From: Candidatus Zixiibacteriota bacterium
GTDB lineage: Bacteria > Zixibacteria > MSB-5A5 > GN15 > FEB-12
Assembly (NCBI GenBank): GCA_020351995.1
Contig: CP070674.1
Location: 3,299,747 to 3,363,746 of the forward strand
Direction of reading: 5' to 3'
DNA: 64,000 nucleotides
This document shows, one piece after another, positions 1 to 9,905 of the stretch. A program made the position numbers and the translations under genes. Within the stretch, counting starts at the first letter, position 1; each line of letters starts with the position of its first letter. A model generated the notes under the pieces. It saw only the letters and a list, made by a program, of their open reading frames with translations, was not told where the DNA came from and searched no databases.

Positions 1-1
1 G

Positions 2-466
2 CGCATCAGCAGTGACCCAAGCGTCAGCCTCACGAATTTCGATTTGACCGTCAATCTGGCCATGACCGATCTGGAGAGTCTGACTCTTAGCGGTGTGGGT
101 ACCATCATCAGTCTCAGCCAGTTTGAAGTCGACAGCCTTGATATCGTACTCAGCGGCGTCGGGAATATAACGATGGGCCTACAGGCCGATTACCTTATGA
201 CGTCGCTCTCAGGCGTCGGGAGTCTTAATCTCAACGGCGCGGTTGCCTATCATGATTGCCTGCACGGCGCTGTCGGCAGTATCAGTTCGTTCCCGCTAAT
301 CTCGGATACCACTATCGCCATACTTAGCGGGGTAGGTAGCGCCGAGGTGTACGTAAACGACACTCTTGATGTTACTATCAGCGGTTCCGGGTCTTTATAT
401 TACAAGGGAGAACCGGTTGTTGTAGAGAATATATCGGGTACCGGCCAGGTGATCGACGCCAATTAG
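2..466 (+). CDS. C-terminal part of a DUF2807/GIN-domain (adhesin-head-like beta-helix) protein; the 5' end lies outside the window
   Basis: The frame is open from nt 2. Periodic strands LTLSGVGTI, IVLSGVGNI, TSLSGVGSL, AILSGVGSA and VTISGSGSLYYKG are typical of this repeat fold. Stop TAG at 464-466. Confidence 0.6.
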   Translation, partial: RISSDPSVSLTNFDLTVNLAMTDLESLTLSGVGTIISLSQFEVDSLDIVLSGVGNITMGLQADYLMTSLSGVGSLNLNGAVAYHDCLHGAVGSISSFPLISDTTIAILSGVGSAEVYVNDTLDVTISGSGSLYYKGEPVVVENISGTGQVIDAN

Positions 467-474
467 GTATTGTA

Positions 475-1305
475 GTGCCCACATACAGAGGAAAGAACAG
501 CTACCGGACATTTCTGAAAGCGGGCCGGTCAATTGCAGGAAAGATTGCTCGACTCGATGGTGTGATAGGTATTCTGGGAACAGGATCGATCGGCCGACGG
601 TTTGGCGACCGGTTCTCCGATCTGGACCTGGTAGTCTATGCCCACAGCGATTCGATTAAGCGCCTGAGACGACTTGTCTCAGTAGGATGGACCGGCTATA
701 AGGGCATGGAGTTTGACATCCCGGTGGAGTCGTTCGAACGAGCCCTGGCGGCACGAGTACCATCACGGTTCTGGACCCAGGTTCGCCGATGGGATCATCA
801 GATTTCGCAGATTCTCCACGATACAAATGGTCAAATAAAGAAACTTCTGAGAGATAAACTGGTCTATCCAGAGCGAGAGCAAAAGGAGCTTCTGGAACGC
901 TACCGCGGGGAAATACAAGAACACCTGGTATTCTTGCCCGAACTGTGGGCCAGTCGAGGCCGACCATACAATGTGAACCATGCGCTCATGCGGGCCGTCG
1001 AGAAAATCGTTCTCTGGATTTACGCCAGGAACAAGCTCTTTGAGCCATACACCGCCAAGTGGCTGTTCTACCATCTGGAAGTGAAGGCCGTTCCCGAACA
1101 CGTGCACCTCGGCGCCCTGACGGAAGTATTCACGCAACCGACAAGAAGCATCAGTGGCGCCTTGCGGCTCAGGCGCAAACTCTTAAGGCTGTGTGACCGA
1201 GTTGGTTTGAAATGGGAGATTAACAGCTACTCCGAGGCTCATAGGCGGGCAATCGAAAACTGGGCCAGGGTTTCCGAAGAAACCCGGAAGCTGCTGAAGT
1301 GGTAG
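475..1305 (+). CDS. Nucleotidyltransferase-fold (Pol-beta superfamily) protein
   Basis: GTGSIGRRFGDRFSDLDLVVY matches the minimal NTase G-S...D-x-D motif, followed by a helical C-terminal region. GTG start 8 nt after the preceding stop. Confidence 0.55.
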   Translation: MPTYRGKNSYRTFLKAGRSIAGKIARLDGVIGILGTGSIGRRFGDRFSDLDLVVYAHSDSIKRLRRLVSVGWTGYKGMEFDIPVESFERALAARVPSRFWTQVRRWDHQISQILHDTNGQIKKLLRDKLVYPEREQKELLERYRGEIQEHLVFLPELWASRGRPYNVNHALMRAVEKIVLWIYARNKLFEPYTAKWLFYHLEVKAVPEHVHLGALTEVFTQPTRSISGALRLRRKLLRLCDRVGLKWEINSYSEAHRRAIENWARVSEETRKLLKW

Positions 1306-1442
1306 CCAATTCACACCAAGCCCGGCTCCCAAGGCGACATAAGCATAGCTGAGTTTTGAAACATTGTCGGGGGTTGGTCCGTCTCATTGAGTATACCAAG
1401 TCAAACATCAGTATATATCTCAGTCCCAAAAAGGAGAACGTA

Positions 1443-2321
1443 TTGAATCTTTCTATAACCAAGCTCGGTAAAGCCTACCGAAGAGACTTTTGGGGTCTCA
1501 AAGATTTCAGTCTCGATTTCGATTGCGGTGTTCTGGGTCTACTGGGACCGAATGGGGCGGGAAAATCCACACTTATGCGCATTCTGGCTACCGTGACGCG
1601 GCCCACTGAAGGCAGTGCCAACTGGAACGGGTTCGACGTGGTAAAATCACCCAACAAAATAAGAGCCATTCTAGGCTACCTTCCCCAGGACTTCGGTATT
1701 TATCCCAATTTGAACTCGGTAGAATTTCTGACTTATCTTGCCGCGGCTCGGGGCATGGTCGGCGAGCCGGCAAGAAAGAGGATCAATCAGCTTCTGGAAG
1801 TTGTCAATCTTGCCGACGCCCGCAAGCGTCGACTCGGTTCGCTTTCGGGGGGAATGCGGCAACGGGTAGGAATTGCCCAGGCACTGCTCAATGACCCAAG
1901 ACTGCTCATCGTTGACGAACCAACGGCTGGCCTGGATCCGGAGGAACGAATACGTTTCAGGAATCTTCTGTCCGAGCTGGCCGGTGATCGCATTGTCATT
2001 CTCTCATCACACATCGTATCCGATCTCGAGGCAGTAGCCACGTCGATAGCAATAATGAACAAAGGACGCCTGATTGTTCACGCCATGCCGGAAGAATTGC
2101 TGCGGTCGGTGGAAGGAAAGGTATGGGAAGTCATTGTGGCAAGTTCAGAATTGCCCGGGCTCAAGGGCAGTCATGTGGTCGGAAGTACGACCAGAACTTC
2201 CGAAGGTGTTAAGGCCAGAATCGTGGGAAAGCAACCGACTAACTCTGATTCGAGGGCAGCAACGCCTACCTTAGAAGATGCTTACCTCTTTCTGCTCGCG
2301 GGTAACCAGAATGATCAATAA
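1443..2321 (+). CDS. ABC transporter ATP-binding protein
   Basis: Walker A GPNGAGKST, signature LSGGMRQR and Walker B LLIVDEPTAGLD. The ORF is open from 1356, but AAGGAG 6 nt before an in-frame TTG at 1443 is the likelier start. Confidence 0.9.
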   Translation: MNLSITKLGKAYRRDFWGLKDFSLDFDCGVLGLLGPNGAGKSTLMRILATVTRPTEGSANWNGFDVVKSPNKIRAILGYLPQDFGIYPNLNSVEFLTYLAAARGMVGEPARKRINQLLEVVNLADARKRRLGSLSGGMRQRVGIAQALLNDPRLLIVDEPTAGLDPEERIRFRNLLSELAGDRIVILSSHIVSDLEAVATSIAIMNKGRLIVHAMPEELLRSVEGKVWEVIVASSELPGLKGSHVVGSTTRTSEGVKARIVGKQPTNSDSRAATPTLEDAYLFLLAGNQNDQ

Positions 2322-3897
2322 GCTGCATGCCTACCTCCAGCTAAGCCTGGCCGATTTTCGCGAGAGAACCCGACGCTCAAGTTTTGTGGTGACAATGCTG
2401 GCCATTTTGTTTTTTGGATACCTTGTGATCACCGGTAAGTATGGTGTCCAGTTCGGTGAATATCGCACTTTCTATGACGCTCACTGGGCCGGCACCCTTA
2501 TGGCCATGAGTAGTGCCATCATGCTGGCGCTTTTCGGTTTCTATCTCATCAAAGGCTCTATTAAACGCGACCGGGTTACCGAAGTAGGTCAAATTATCGC
2601 CGCCACCCCGATGACGAAGCGGGCATATATTATTTCAAAGCTGGTCAGTAATACAATGGTCCTCTGGTTCATGGTTGCCGTTCTGGCTGTGATGGGCTTT
2701 TTGACCCTGCTTTATCGTAATGAGACTGGCAGTATAAACCTCTGGGCCTACGTCTTGCCATTTTTGCTGATAGCGTTACCAGCCATGATTTTTGTCGGAG
2801 CCATGGCAGTACTGTTCGATGCTTCCCGTTGGTTACGCGGCAGCGTGGGCAATGTCGTGTACCTGTTTGTCGCGGAGATGTGCATCGTACTGGCGATGTT
2901 TGAAAACCAGTACATGGATCTTGGCGCCGCGGTTCTTTTTACCGAGAGTGTTCGAGTGGCGGCCGAAGCCGCTTTTCCCGGAGAGAGCATACCGCTTATT
3001 ATGGGCTTTGTTATGTTCGACCCGCAAATGCAGGTGGAAGTGTTTAAGACATTTGTCTGGAACGGGATTGAATGGACAGGGACAGTAATACAGATAAGGC
3101 TATTCTGGATAGCGGCTGGTCTGGTTGTGGCCGCCATTGCGATTCCGTTTTTTGACCGATTCGACCCGGCCAAGGCACGGATAAAAACCAAAAGCAAGAA
3201 GAAGAGGATCAAAAAGGAGGTTGCCGATACTGAAGTATCGATAAAGCACTCCGTGTTGTCGTATACCGAGCTGGTGAAGCCGAGTATTGAATACAGTCTG
3301 CCGCGGATGATAGCGGCGGAACTCCGTGTGGCACTCAAGGGCTATCACTGGTTCTGGTATTTAGTTGCGGTCGGATTGATGGCGGCACAACTGGCCGCAC
3401 CCTTCGAGATAGCAAGGCAATATCTTACTCCAATGGCGATGGTCTGGCCGCTGGTCATATGGTCATCGATGGGCACGCGGGAGGCACAGTCTGGTACGCA
3501 TAATCTGCTTTTCTCGTCGCCGGAGCCGGTCCGGCGACAGTTTCCGGCAATATGGCTGTCCGGGCTTCTAGTGGCATTGATCTCTATCGGTGCCATGCTA
3601 ATTCGCTCGCTCGTCTCAGGCCATCTTTCTTATACGCTGGCTTTGCTAATAGGGGCCCTGTTTGTGCCGACTGCGGCTCTCGTCTTCGGCACGTTAAGCA
3701 AGAGTAAGCGACTGTTTGAGGTCAGCTACCTGATGTTCTGGTATGTGGGTTCGATTGAACATCTGGCGGCTATCGATATGTTGGGGACGACCGACGAAGC
3801 TATCACAGCCGGCAAGTTAGTCATCCTGATTCTCATGACCGGATCTTTCGCGTTGACTGCTTTCGCGGTGCGGTGGCAGCAGATACGGCATAGCTAG
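2311..3897 (+). CDS. Polytopic membrane protein, putative permease partner of the ABC ATPase
   Basis: Many hydrophobic segments. ATG 2311 overlaps the ATPase stop by 11 nt (ATGATCAATAA), which suggests translational coupling. No diagnostic motif was seen. Confidence 0.45.
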   Translation: MINKLHAYLQLSLADFRERTRRSSFVVTMLAILFFGYLVITGKYGVQFGEYRTFYDAHWAGTLMAMSSAIMLALFGFYLIKGSIKRDRVTEVGQIIAATPMTKRAYIISKLVSNTMVLWFMVAVLAVMGFLTLLYRNETGSINLWAYVLPFLLIALPAMIFVGAMAVLFDASRWLRGSVGNVVYLFVAEMCIVLAMFENQYMDLGAAVLFTESVRVAAEAAFPGESIPLIMGFVMFDPQMQVEVFKTFVWNGIEWTGTVIQIRLFWIAAGLVVAAIAIPFFDRFDPAKARIKTKSKKKRIKKEVADTEVSIKHSVLSYTELVKPSIEYSLPRMIAAELRVALKGYHWFWYLVAVGLMAAQLAAPFEIARQYLTPMAMVWPLVIWSSMGTREAQSGTHNLLFSSPEPVRRQFPAIWLSGLLVALISIGAMLIRSLVSGHLSYTLALLIGALFVPTAALVFGTLSKSKRLFEVSYLMFWYVGSIEHLAAIDMLGTTDEAITAGKLVILILMTGSFALTAFAVRWQQIRHS

Positions 3898-3919
3898 CCG
3901 ATGCCTCACAGGGTTGCCG

Positions 3920-4567
3920 TTATTTTCGCAGCCACATTTGGAGATTATCCGCACCAAAGACTTCCTCCGGGTAGAGACAGGTTTCGACCTGGGTGAATCC
4001 CGTTGCCGCGAGCAGATCACTCATTTCGAGAGCAGAGTAGTACGCAAAGTATCTCGGAGAACCAGCGTATGATTTGGGATTACTTTCGAGTCCCTCACCC
4101 TCACCCAACTTGAAGCTGATGCCGAGCACGCCGCCGGGTTTGAGCACCCTGTGAAATTGCGATAATACTGACCTCGCCTGTGCCTTGGTGACATGATATA
4201 TGCTTCCGCTGGACCATATACCATCGAAAAAAGAATCCTGAAACGAGAGTGAGCGCATGTCCATAAGACAAAAATCCCCTTCGGGATAGTTGAGCTTAGC
4301 TTCCCGAAGCATACCCTGCGAGAGATCAATACCGATCGCCTTCCCGCCTTCTTCGTCGATTATCCGACAGTGCCTGCCATCGCCACAACCAACATCCAGA
4401 ATGAGCGGGCCAGTGGAGCCGATGATCGCAATCAATTTTCTAACATATTCTCTCTCCCAGCGCAGGTATTTTTCCAGGCGAGTTTTTTCACAGTAGCGTG
4501 CGGCGATCCTGTCATAAGTGTTTATGGTTTGCATCGTTGTGCCGTGGTGGTCGGTTTCGTTTGTCAT
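3920..4567 (-). CDS. Class I SAM-dependent methyltransferase
   Basis: Motif I ILDVGCGDGRH, post-I IGIDLS and a LKPGGVL motif. Confidence 0.8.
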   Translation of the reverse strand: MTNETDHHGTTMQTINTYDRIAARYCEKTRLEKYLRWEREYVRKLIAIIGSTGPLILDVGCGDGRHCRIIDEEGGKAIGIDLSQGMLREAKLNYPEGDFCLMDMRSLSFQDSFFDGIWSSGSIYHVTKAQARSVLSQFHRVLKPGGVLGISFKLGEGEGLESNPKSYAGSPRYFAYYSALEMSDLLAATGFTQVETCLYPEEVFGADNLQMWLRK

Positions 4568-4586
4568 CGTTCAATATCTCATGGTT

Positions 4587-5339
4587 TTAGCTACGAATCT
4601 CAAAGTGCCTAAGATTTTCTCTCAAGGTATCTGAATACCAGATATCCACGAATTTCTCGATGGTTGCGGATTCATGTCGCATGGCCGTCTCGATGACGGG
4701 AAGACGGAGCATTTTTTTCATATGAGCATGGGCGACCAGGTTTCTCTCTCTGAAGCTGTCAGCGAGGGCTGTGGCTCTTTGAAGTAATTCCTCAGAGCTG
4801 ACGACACCGTCGATAAGGCCGAGGTCCCGGGCCTGGTCAGCACTGTACATATCTCCGGTGAACAGTATGTCCTGGGCGGTGCGTGGTCCCACCCAGTACT
4901 TGAGAATCTCGACGGCGCTCTGAAAGACGGTGGCTCCGAACGCGATTTCGTTCAGGGAAATCTTGGCCTTACCCGAAACCATCAGGCGATAATCACAGGC
5001 CGTGGCCAACATGCATCCACCGGCAATGGCGTGACCATTAATGGCCGCCACCAGCGGTTTAGGATACAGGAACAAATATCGATAGACGTCTGTGAATTTT
5101 ACCAGAAATTCAGTGAAGGCCTCTCGAGTCAAATCGTATAGACCGGGGATGTCAAAGCCGAAAGAGAAGAAGGCTCCACACCCGGTCAGCACGATTGAGC
5201 GCACCGTATCATCATCCTCAAGCTTTTCGAAATGGTCATGAACTTCATTGACTAGCTCATGATTCAAGGCGTTAACTTTGCCGCGGTTCAGTTTGATCAC
5301 TGCTATAGTGTTTTCGCGCTCTAAGTCAACGTAAGCCAT
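4587..5339 (-). CDS. Enoyl-CoA hydratase/isomerase (crotonase) family protein
   Basis: Crotonase-fold signatures: KVNALN, FFSFGFD and VAAINGHAIAGGCMLATACDYR. Confidence 0.8.
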   Translation of the reverse strand: MAYVDLERENTIAVIKLNRGKVNALNHELVNEVHDHFEKLEDDDTVRSIVLTGCGAFFSFGFDIPGLYDLTREAFTEFLVKFTDVYRYLFLYPKPLVAAINGHAIAGGCMLATACDYRLMVSGKAKISLNEIAFGATVFQSAVEILKYWVGPRTAQDILFTGDMYSADQARDLGLIDGVVSSEELLQRATALADSFRERNLVAHAHMKKMLRLPVIETAMRHESATIEKFVDIWYSDTLRENLRHFEIRS

Positions 5340-5546
5340 AATTCATTCCTCTCCCTTGCGGTTGCTGTGATTGTCCGCAGATTACATCTCCCCCAATTCC
5401 ATTCGAGCACAGTAATCGGGCTTCAAATGGATTATACGACAGACCGGACGCATCGTCCAATTTTATTGTGCTAGCCAACGACAATCTTCGTACTTAGCGG
5501 GCAACCATTGTTGCGTTGCCGGTCGCATGCATTTATAATATTCGCC

Positions 5547-6428
5547 ATGAACATGCTTCGGAGAATCATGAATCCTCTCCTGACCGGCCTGGCCTTCTCG
5601 GGAAGTTTCGTCGCCGCTAAGTACACCACGTCGGACCTCACGCCGCTGGTAACAACACTCCTGCGCTATGTGATCGCGGTAATCTTTTTTGGGATCATCA
5701 TGGCGACCAAGCGGGACAACTTCAGGATCAAGCCGCGTCATTTACTTGCCTTTGTTGCCCTCGGGCTCACCGGAATCGTCGGTTACCACTACTTCTTTTT
5801 CACCAGTCTCCATTATACCAGGGTGGCCAATACGGCTATTATCAATGGGCTCAGTCCAATCATCACCGGGATCATGGCAGCCCTTTTCATAAGAGAGCGT
5901 CTGAGTACAACGAATTGGGCGGGAATCATAATCGCCTTCGCGGGCGTGATGATCCTGGTGACGAAAGGCAGCGCCAGTTCCATCACCGGCATGGAATTCA
6001 ATCGGGGGGATCTTTTGATGCTGATAGCAGTAGTTTGTTGGGCGGTTTATTCTCTGATTGTAAAGCGGATCGTGGAACAGTATTCGGCCCTGACGATCAC
6101 ATTCATCTCGGCTCTTTTCGGCGTTCTCGCCCTTATGTTCCTCGTCATCCCAGAGAACTTATCCGATCAGGTAAGAACCATTTCAACCGAGTCGATTCTA
6201 TCGGTGCTGTATATGGGAGTGATAGCTTCCGGGCTGGGGTATCTATTCTATAATTTGAGCATCAAGCAACTCGGGCCCACGCGTACCTCGGGTTTTGTTT
6301 ACAGCACCGTCCCGCTTCTCACAGCGCTCCTGGCTTTTCTGTTCTTTTCCGAGCCGGTAACTGTGACCATGCTTATTAGTGCGGTCCTGGTGATAGCCGG
6401 TCTGCAGTTGGCGCTCAGGCAAAAGTGA
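5547..6428 (+). CDS. EamA/DMT family transporter
   Basis: About 10 hydrophobic helices in two EamA-like halves. The ORF is open from 5508; ATG 5547 is the likelier start. Confidence 0.7.
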   Translation: MNMLRRIMNPLLTGLAFSGSFVAAKYTTSDLTPLVTTLLRYVIAVIFFGIIMATKRDNFRIKPRHLLAFVALGLTGIVGYHYFFFTSLHYTRVANTAIINGLSPIITGIMAALFIRERLSTTNWAGIIIAFAGVMILVTKGSASSITGMEFNRGDLLMLIAVVCWAVYSLIVKRIVEQYSALTITFISALFGVLALMFLVIPENLSDQVRTISTESILSVLYMGVIASGLGYLFYNLSIKQLGPTRTSGFVYSTVPLLTALLAFLFFSEPVTVTMLISAVLVIAGLQLALRQK

Positions 6429-6552
6429 GCAGCTGACTTCCATTTTCCGAGGGCGACCCCCGCCAGTTATCTTCTTGCGTTGCCCCAACATACACGAATC
6501 GAGCAAAAAACCTTGCGCGATCGAAACAAAGTGTTATCTTTTTTCGTAAACT

Positions 6553-6569
6553 GGTCTGTATTACAGACC
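6553..6569 (+). promoter_or_regulatory. Perfect 8+1+8 palindrome GGTCTGTA-T-TACAGACC, candidate operator upstream of the membrane-protein/wHTH operon
   Basis: Read directly. It lies about 25-40 nt upstream of the operon start. The paralogous operon also carries an upstream inverted repeat containing TTACAGA. Confidence 0.35.
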
Positions 6570-6594
6570 GGTATGTAAAGCAGATTTAGATCTT

Positions 6595-7221
6595 ATGGAG
6601 GAATATATGGCAGAAGACCTTGATTTGAAGCAGATTGAACGCAAGACTTACATGGCCTATCATCAGGACGGGCTCTGGGACCTTCTTATTGGGCTGGCCA
6701 TGATGAGTGTAATCCTTGATGTCATTCTCGGTGAGAGCGGCATTTATATTGTGGTCATCGCGGGAGCGGCAGGCCTGGTGCCTATGCTGAAAAAGGTCGT
6801 CACGCTGCCGCGTCTGGGCTATGTCAAGTTCTCGCCTAAACGGCAGTCGCGGGAGAAGCTGAACATAATCTTGCTCACTGTTCTGCTAACTATGACAGCT
6901 TTACTTGGGGCAGTTATGATGTCGGCTTATAGTGGCGATGCTGGCTGGCAGCGATGGATCAGAGATTTGAGACTTATCCCGTTCGGAATCGTGCTGACGA
7001 GTGTGGCTGCCGCTCTGGGGTTGCTCTGGGGAATTTGGCGTTGCTGGATATATGCCTTGTTGTCACTGGCCGTATTTGTCATCGGTCATATTTTCGAGTG
7101 GCGAATGACAATTCACTTTGCAATTCTCGGCTCGGTTCTGTTCCTGGTTGGGCTCGTCATGCTGATTACGTTCATCAACAAATATCCCAAGAAGGCTCCG
7201 GAGGCAGGTAATGACATCTGA
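6595..7221 (+). CDS. Membrane protein (about 5 TM); module 1 of a duplicated membrane-protein + wHTH pair
   Basis: Hydrophobic segments. The N-terminus EDLDLKQIERKTYMAYHQDGLWD is homologous to the 33704-34354 product. The alternative start ATG 6607 is preceded by GGAGGA. Confidence 0.6.
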   Translation: MEEYMAEDLDLKQIERKTYMAYHQDGLWDLLIGLAMMSVILDVILGESGIYIVVIAGAAGLVPMLKKVVTLPRLGYVKFSPKRQSREKLNIILLTVLLTMTALLGAVMMSAYSGDAGWQRWIRDLRLIPFGIVLTSVAAALGLLWGIWRCWIYALLSLAVFVIGHIFEWRMTIHFAILGSVLFLVGLVMLITFINKYPKKAPEAGNDI

Positions 7222-7546
7222 CTCGAAGCCAAGAGATGATTCACAAGCGTTTCCTGACATCGACCGAATTATTCACGAACCGGCGCGATTGATGATTGTG
7301 GCACACCTTTACGTGGTAACCGAGGGTGATTTCCTTTTTCTGGAAAGGCAGACGGGTTTAACCCGCGGTAATCTATCGTCGCATCTGGGAAAACTGGAAA
7401 GTGCCGGGTATATCGATATCAGGAAAGAATTCATTGAGAAGATTCCTCATACTGTGGTTCGGTTGACCGACACCGGGAGGCAAGCCTTTGAATCCTACCG
7501 CTTGAGCATGAGGACGGTGCTTGACAGCGATTCCGGCAGTCATTGA
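7211..7546 (+). CDS. Winged-helix transcriptional regulator (ArsR/HTH_34-like)
   Basis: IHEPARLMIVAHL...GDFLFLERQTGLTRGNLSSHLGKLESAGYI is a classic wHTH. It overlaps the upstream gene by 11 nt (ATGACATCTGA). Confidence 0.7.
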   Translation: MTSDSKPRDDSQAFPDIDRIIHEPARLMIVAHLYVVTEGDFLFLERQTGLTRGNLSSHLGKLESAGYIDIRKEFIEKIPHTVVRLTDTGRQAFESYRLSMRTVLDSDSGSH

Positions 7547-7598
7547 GCCGACAAACTGACTTTTTCTGAGTAATCAGGCAACCGAAACGGGCTCTGGC

Positions 7599-8234
7599 GT
7601 GTCTAAGTTCAAAGCAACGTTGAGAACAGATATGCCAGAGCCGCAACTACAGACATCCGAACCCTTTCTCCCAACCAATAACCACCGATTCTGGGAGCTT
7701 CTCGAACCGGAGCATGCCCGGGCGGAAGCATTCTGCCGGCAGCTGGTGGGTAATCGTGATGAGGCGGATGATCTCTATCAAGACGGTTTGCTGGCGGCTA
7801 TGCGGAAGTTTCACACTCTCAAGGATCCCGGCTATTTTCGAACCTGGCTTTACCGGATACTGATTAATCGGTACCGTAATCGGTTCCGTCAGCCGTGGTG
7901 GCGCCGACGGGTTCCGTTGACTTCCCAGTCGGAGAGTGTCGAGGCAGGTGCGGATCCGACCGCGCTGCACACCGCTCGCCGCTGGCTCAACCGGGCGATG
8001 GCGGTTCTCGCGGTCGATGAACGCGCGCTGGTCAGCCTGTATGAACTTGAAGGCTGGTCGATTGGCGATTTGTCCGCCATGTACCGGCGTCCTCCGGGGA
8101 CGATAAAAGCCAGGCTCGCCCGCTCGCGCCGCAAGATGCGCCGTGAAATAGAGCGCTATCTTGCCAGACACGAAGAAACACAAACCAATGGAGCCGCCCA
8201 TGCTTTTTCGCAAAGCCAGCCGTCGCCGGATTGA
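7599..8234 (+). CDS. ECF-type RNA polymerase sigma-70 family factor
   Basis: Region 2: DLYQDGLLAAMRKF...FRTWLYRILINRYRN. Region 4: LYELEGWSIGDLSAMYRRPPGTIKARLARSRRKM. The exact start is uncertain (GTG 7599 or ATG 7632). Confidence 0.85.
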   Translation: MSKFKATLRTDMPEPQLQTSEPFLPTNNHRFWELLEPEHARAEAFCRQLVGNRDEADDLYQDGLLAAMRKFHTLKDPGYFRTWLYRILINRYRNRFRQPWWRRRVPLTSQSESVEAGADPTALHTARRWLNRAMAVLAVDERALVSLYELEGWSIGDLSAMYRRPPGTIKARLARSRRKMRREIERYLARHEETQTNGAAHAFSQSQPSPD

Positions 8235-8937
8235 TCCGGCCAAATCCGAACGGATACTGAGGCAATCGTTTGATACGCTGCGTGGGAGCGCCCCGCGCGC
8301 GGCCACGCCGCTGTCGTTTATCAAGACCCGGCTTGGGGCTAAAGCGGCCCAGAAGACCTCCCGGAAGGAATCTATCATGTCGCGAGCTATGCAGATATTG
8401 GCCTCCCGCCCGAAAACGGGCTTTACTTTTGCCGTGTTTGTCGCAGTCCTACTCTTTGTCACGCTGGTGCCTTTTTCCTACACCAAGACTGTCGGCTATA
8501 CTGTCTCTTTCACCGGGCCGGATCAGGAGATGGCCGGTGACCCAAACGAGATTGTCGCCGCGATAGCGGCACTGGGTTACGATAATGTCACGGCCAATTT
8601 TAACTCGGATGGTATCGAGACCGTCTGGGATATCAAAGGACTGCCCGATTATCAGGCAGCAGTGACCGCCGCGGCGGCTTTTCGCACCCTGACCGGCGCA
8701 GACATCGAGCCGACAATAACACCGGTCTTAAGGGAAGTATCAGGGACACTTTACGCGCAGGTCAGAGACCACCTGATAGAAATCAGCGTATCGGTTGATG
8801 AAGCCGCTTCTGCTGAAGAGATCGAAGCCCAGATAAGAGCTCAGTTGATAGCCCAGGGCTTCGAACCGGCCAACATAAATGTGATCACCAACCAGGTAGA
8901 TAGCACGGTTTATATTGACCTGGAGATTGGCGAGTAG
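8188..8937 (+). CDS. Single-pass membrane protein, putative anti-sigma factor
   Basis: It overlaps the 3' end of the sigma gene. Short cytoplasmic N-terminus, one TM (FTFAVFVAVLLFVTLVPF) and an extracytoplasmic C-terminal domain. No zinc-finger anti-sigma motif was seen. Confidence 0.4.
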   Translation: MEPPMLFRKASRRRIDPAKSERILRQSFDTLRGSAPRAATPLSFIKTRLGAKAAQKTSRKESIMSRAMQILASRPKTGFTFAVFVAVLLFVTLVPFSYTKTVGYTVSFTGPDQEMAGDPNEIVAAIAALGYDNVTANFNSDGIETVWDIKGLPDYQAAVTAAAAFRTLTGADIEPTITPVLREVSGTLYAQVRDHLIEISVSVDEAASAEEIEAQIRAQLIAQGFEPANINVITNQVDSTVYIDLEIGE

Positions 8938-8967
8938 CAGAAAGTACCGCTTGCACGGATGACAAAA

Positions 8968-8996
8968 GGCGTGATCGAACAAGGTCACGCCTTTTT
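8968..8996 (+). terminator. Rho-independent terminator
   Basis: Hairpin GGCGTGA-(10 nt loop)-TCACGCC followed by TTTTT. Confidence 0.6.
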
Positions 8997-9203
8997 CATG
9001 TTACCTCGATCCGGTAACCGGGCGAGAAAGATATCATTCCGGTATTATGGTTGACTTTGAGTTGCCGGAATCTGATAATAGAGTATTGTTCTGCTGAGTC
9101 GGGTCAGGGCCAATTGGCTGCCGCCATATCATCAGACCGTCAGTTCAAATTGGAGGATCACCGACTTACGCTACACACCCGCTGACCAGAAAGGTCGATT
9201 GCG

Positions 9204-9860
9204 TTGGAAAGCCACCATATGCCCTCAGCGCAGGCTGCTGTCCCGGAAGGCGATTTGCACAAATATGGAAGTACCGGTAATTCTGATACGAAAAAGAGGA
9301 AAAGCTCATGGATTTCCATTGCGATAACAGCCACCATAATGCTCGTCACCATGATTATCGCGGGTATTTTCAAAGAGCAAATAAGCCAATTCGGCGTAGA
9401 GCTAATCGCCCGATACGGTCGATACTGGGTTGACGGGATCCTTTTTCTGCTAACCGCTTTTTCCTGTACACCGTTGATGTTGCCGGTCTGGATTTACGCA
9501 TTGGCGGGGGTTTCGCTGGGCTATAACGTGTTTCGCCTCGCCGCGGTGATGGCTCTCGGTTCGGCCCTGGGTTCATTCGCGACCTTCGGTCTGGGTCGAT
9601 TCTTCGGCAACACCCGGTGGGTGAAGCGCAATTTTCCCAAACTCCTCAATCACCCGTGGACAGAAGGAAAATCAAAAAAACGAGTCTCATGGATCTTGTT
9701 TTTAGGAACTGCGTCTCCGATTCCATGCGATGCAATATATGCGGCCTGCGGCTTCAAACGCTACCCCGGAGTACCTTTCCTGATCATCATGATAGGGGGC
9801 AGATTGGCAAGGTATATGTACTTAGGTTATCTGTACCACTACTTCGGTGAGTATTTCTGA
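9204..9860 (+). CDS. DedA/TVP38 (VTT-domain) family membrane protein
   Basis: Multi-TM, with FGLGRFFG and a TASPIPCD segment typical of VTT-domain proteins. Start is TTG 9204 or ATG 9219. Confidence 0.55.
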   Translation: MESHHMPSAQAAVPEGDLHKYGSTGNSDTKKRKSSWISIAITATIMLVTMIIAGIFKEQISQFGVELIARYGRYWVDGILFLLTAFSCTPLMLPVWIYALAGVSLGYNVFRLAAVMALGSALGSFATFGLGRFFGNTRWVKRNFPKLLNHPWTEGKSKKRVSWILFLGTASPIPCDAIYAACGFKRYPGVPFLIIMIGGRLARYMYLGYLYHYFGEYF

Positions 9861-9905
9861 GTCATCGGCTAAATCATCAAAAAGGCATAGTTCAGTATTT
9901 TTATC

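Noticed and set aside
7647-8462. 271-aa ORF on the minus strand
   Set aside because: It is fully antisense to the ECF sigma/anti-sigma pair, which have clear motifs. The product is Arg/Pro/Ala-rich and low in complexity, typical of antisense frames in GC-rich coding DNA.
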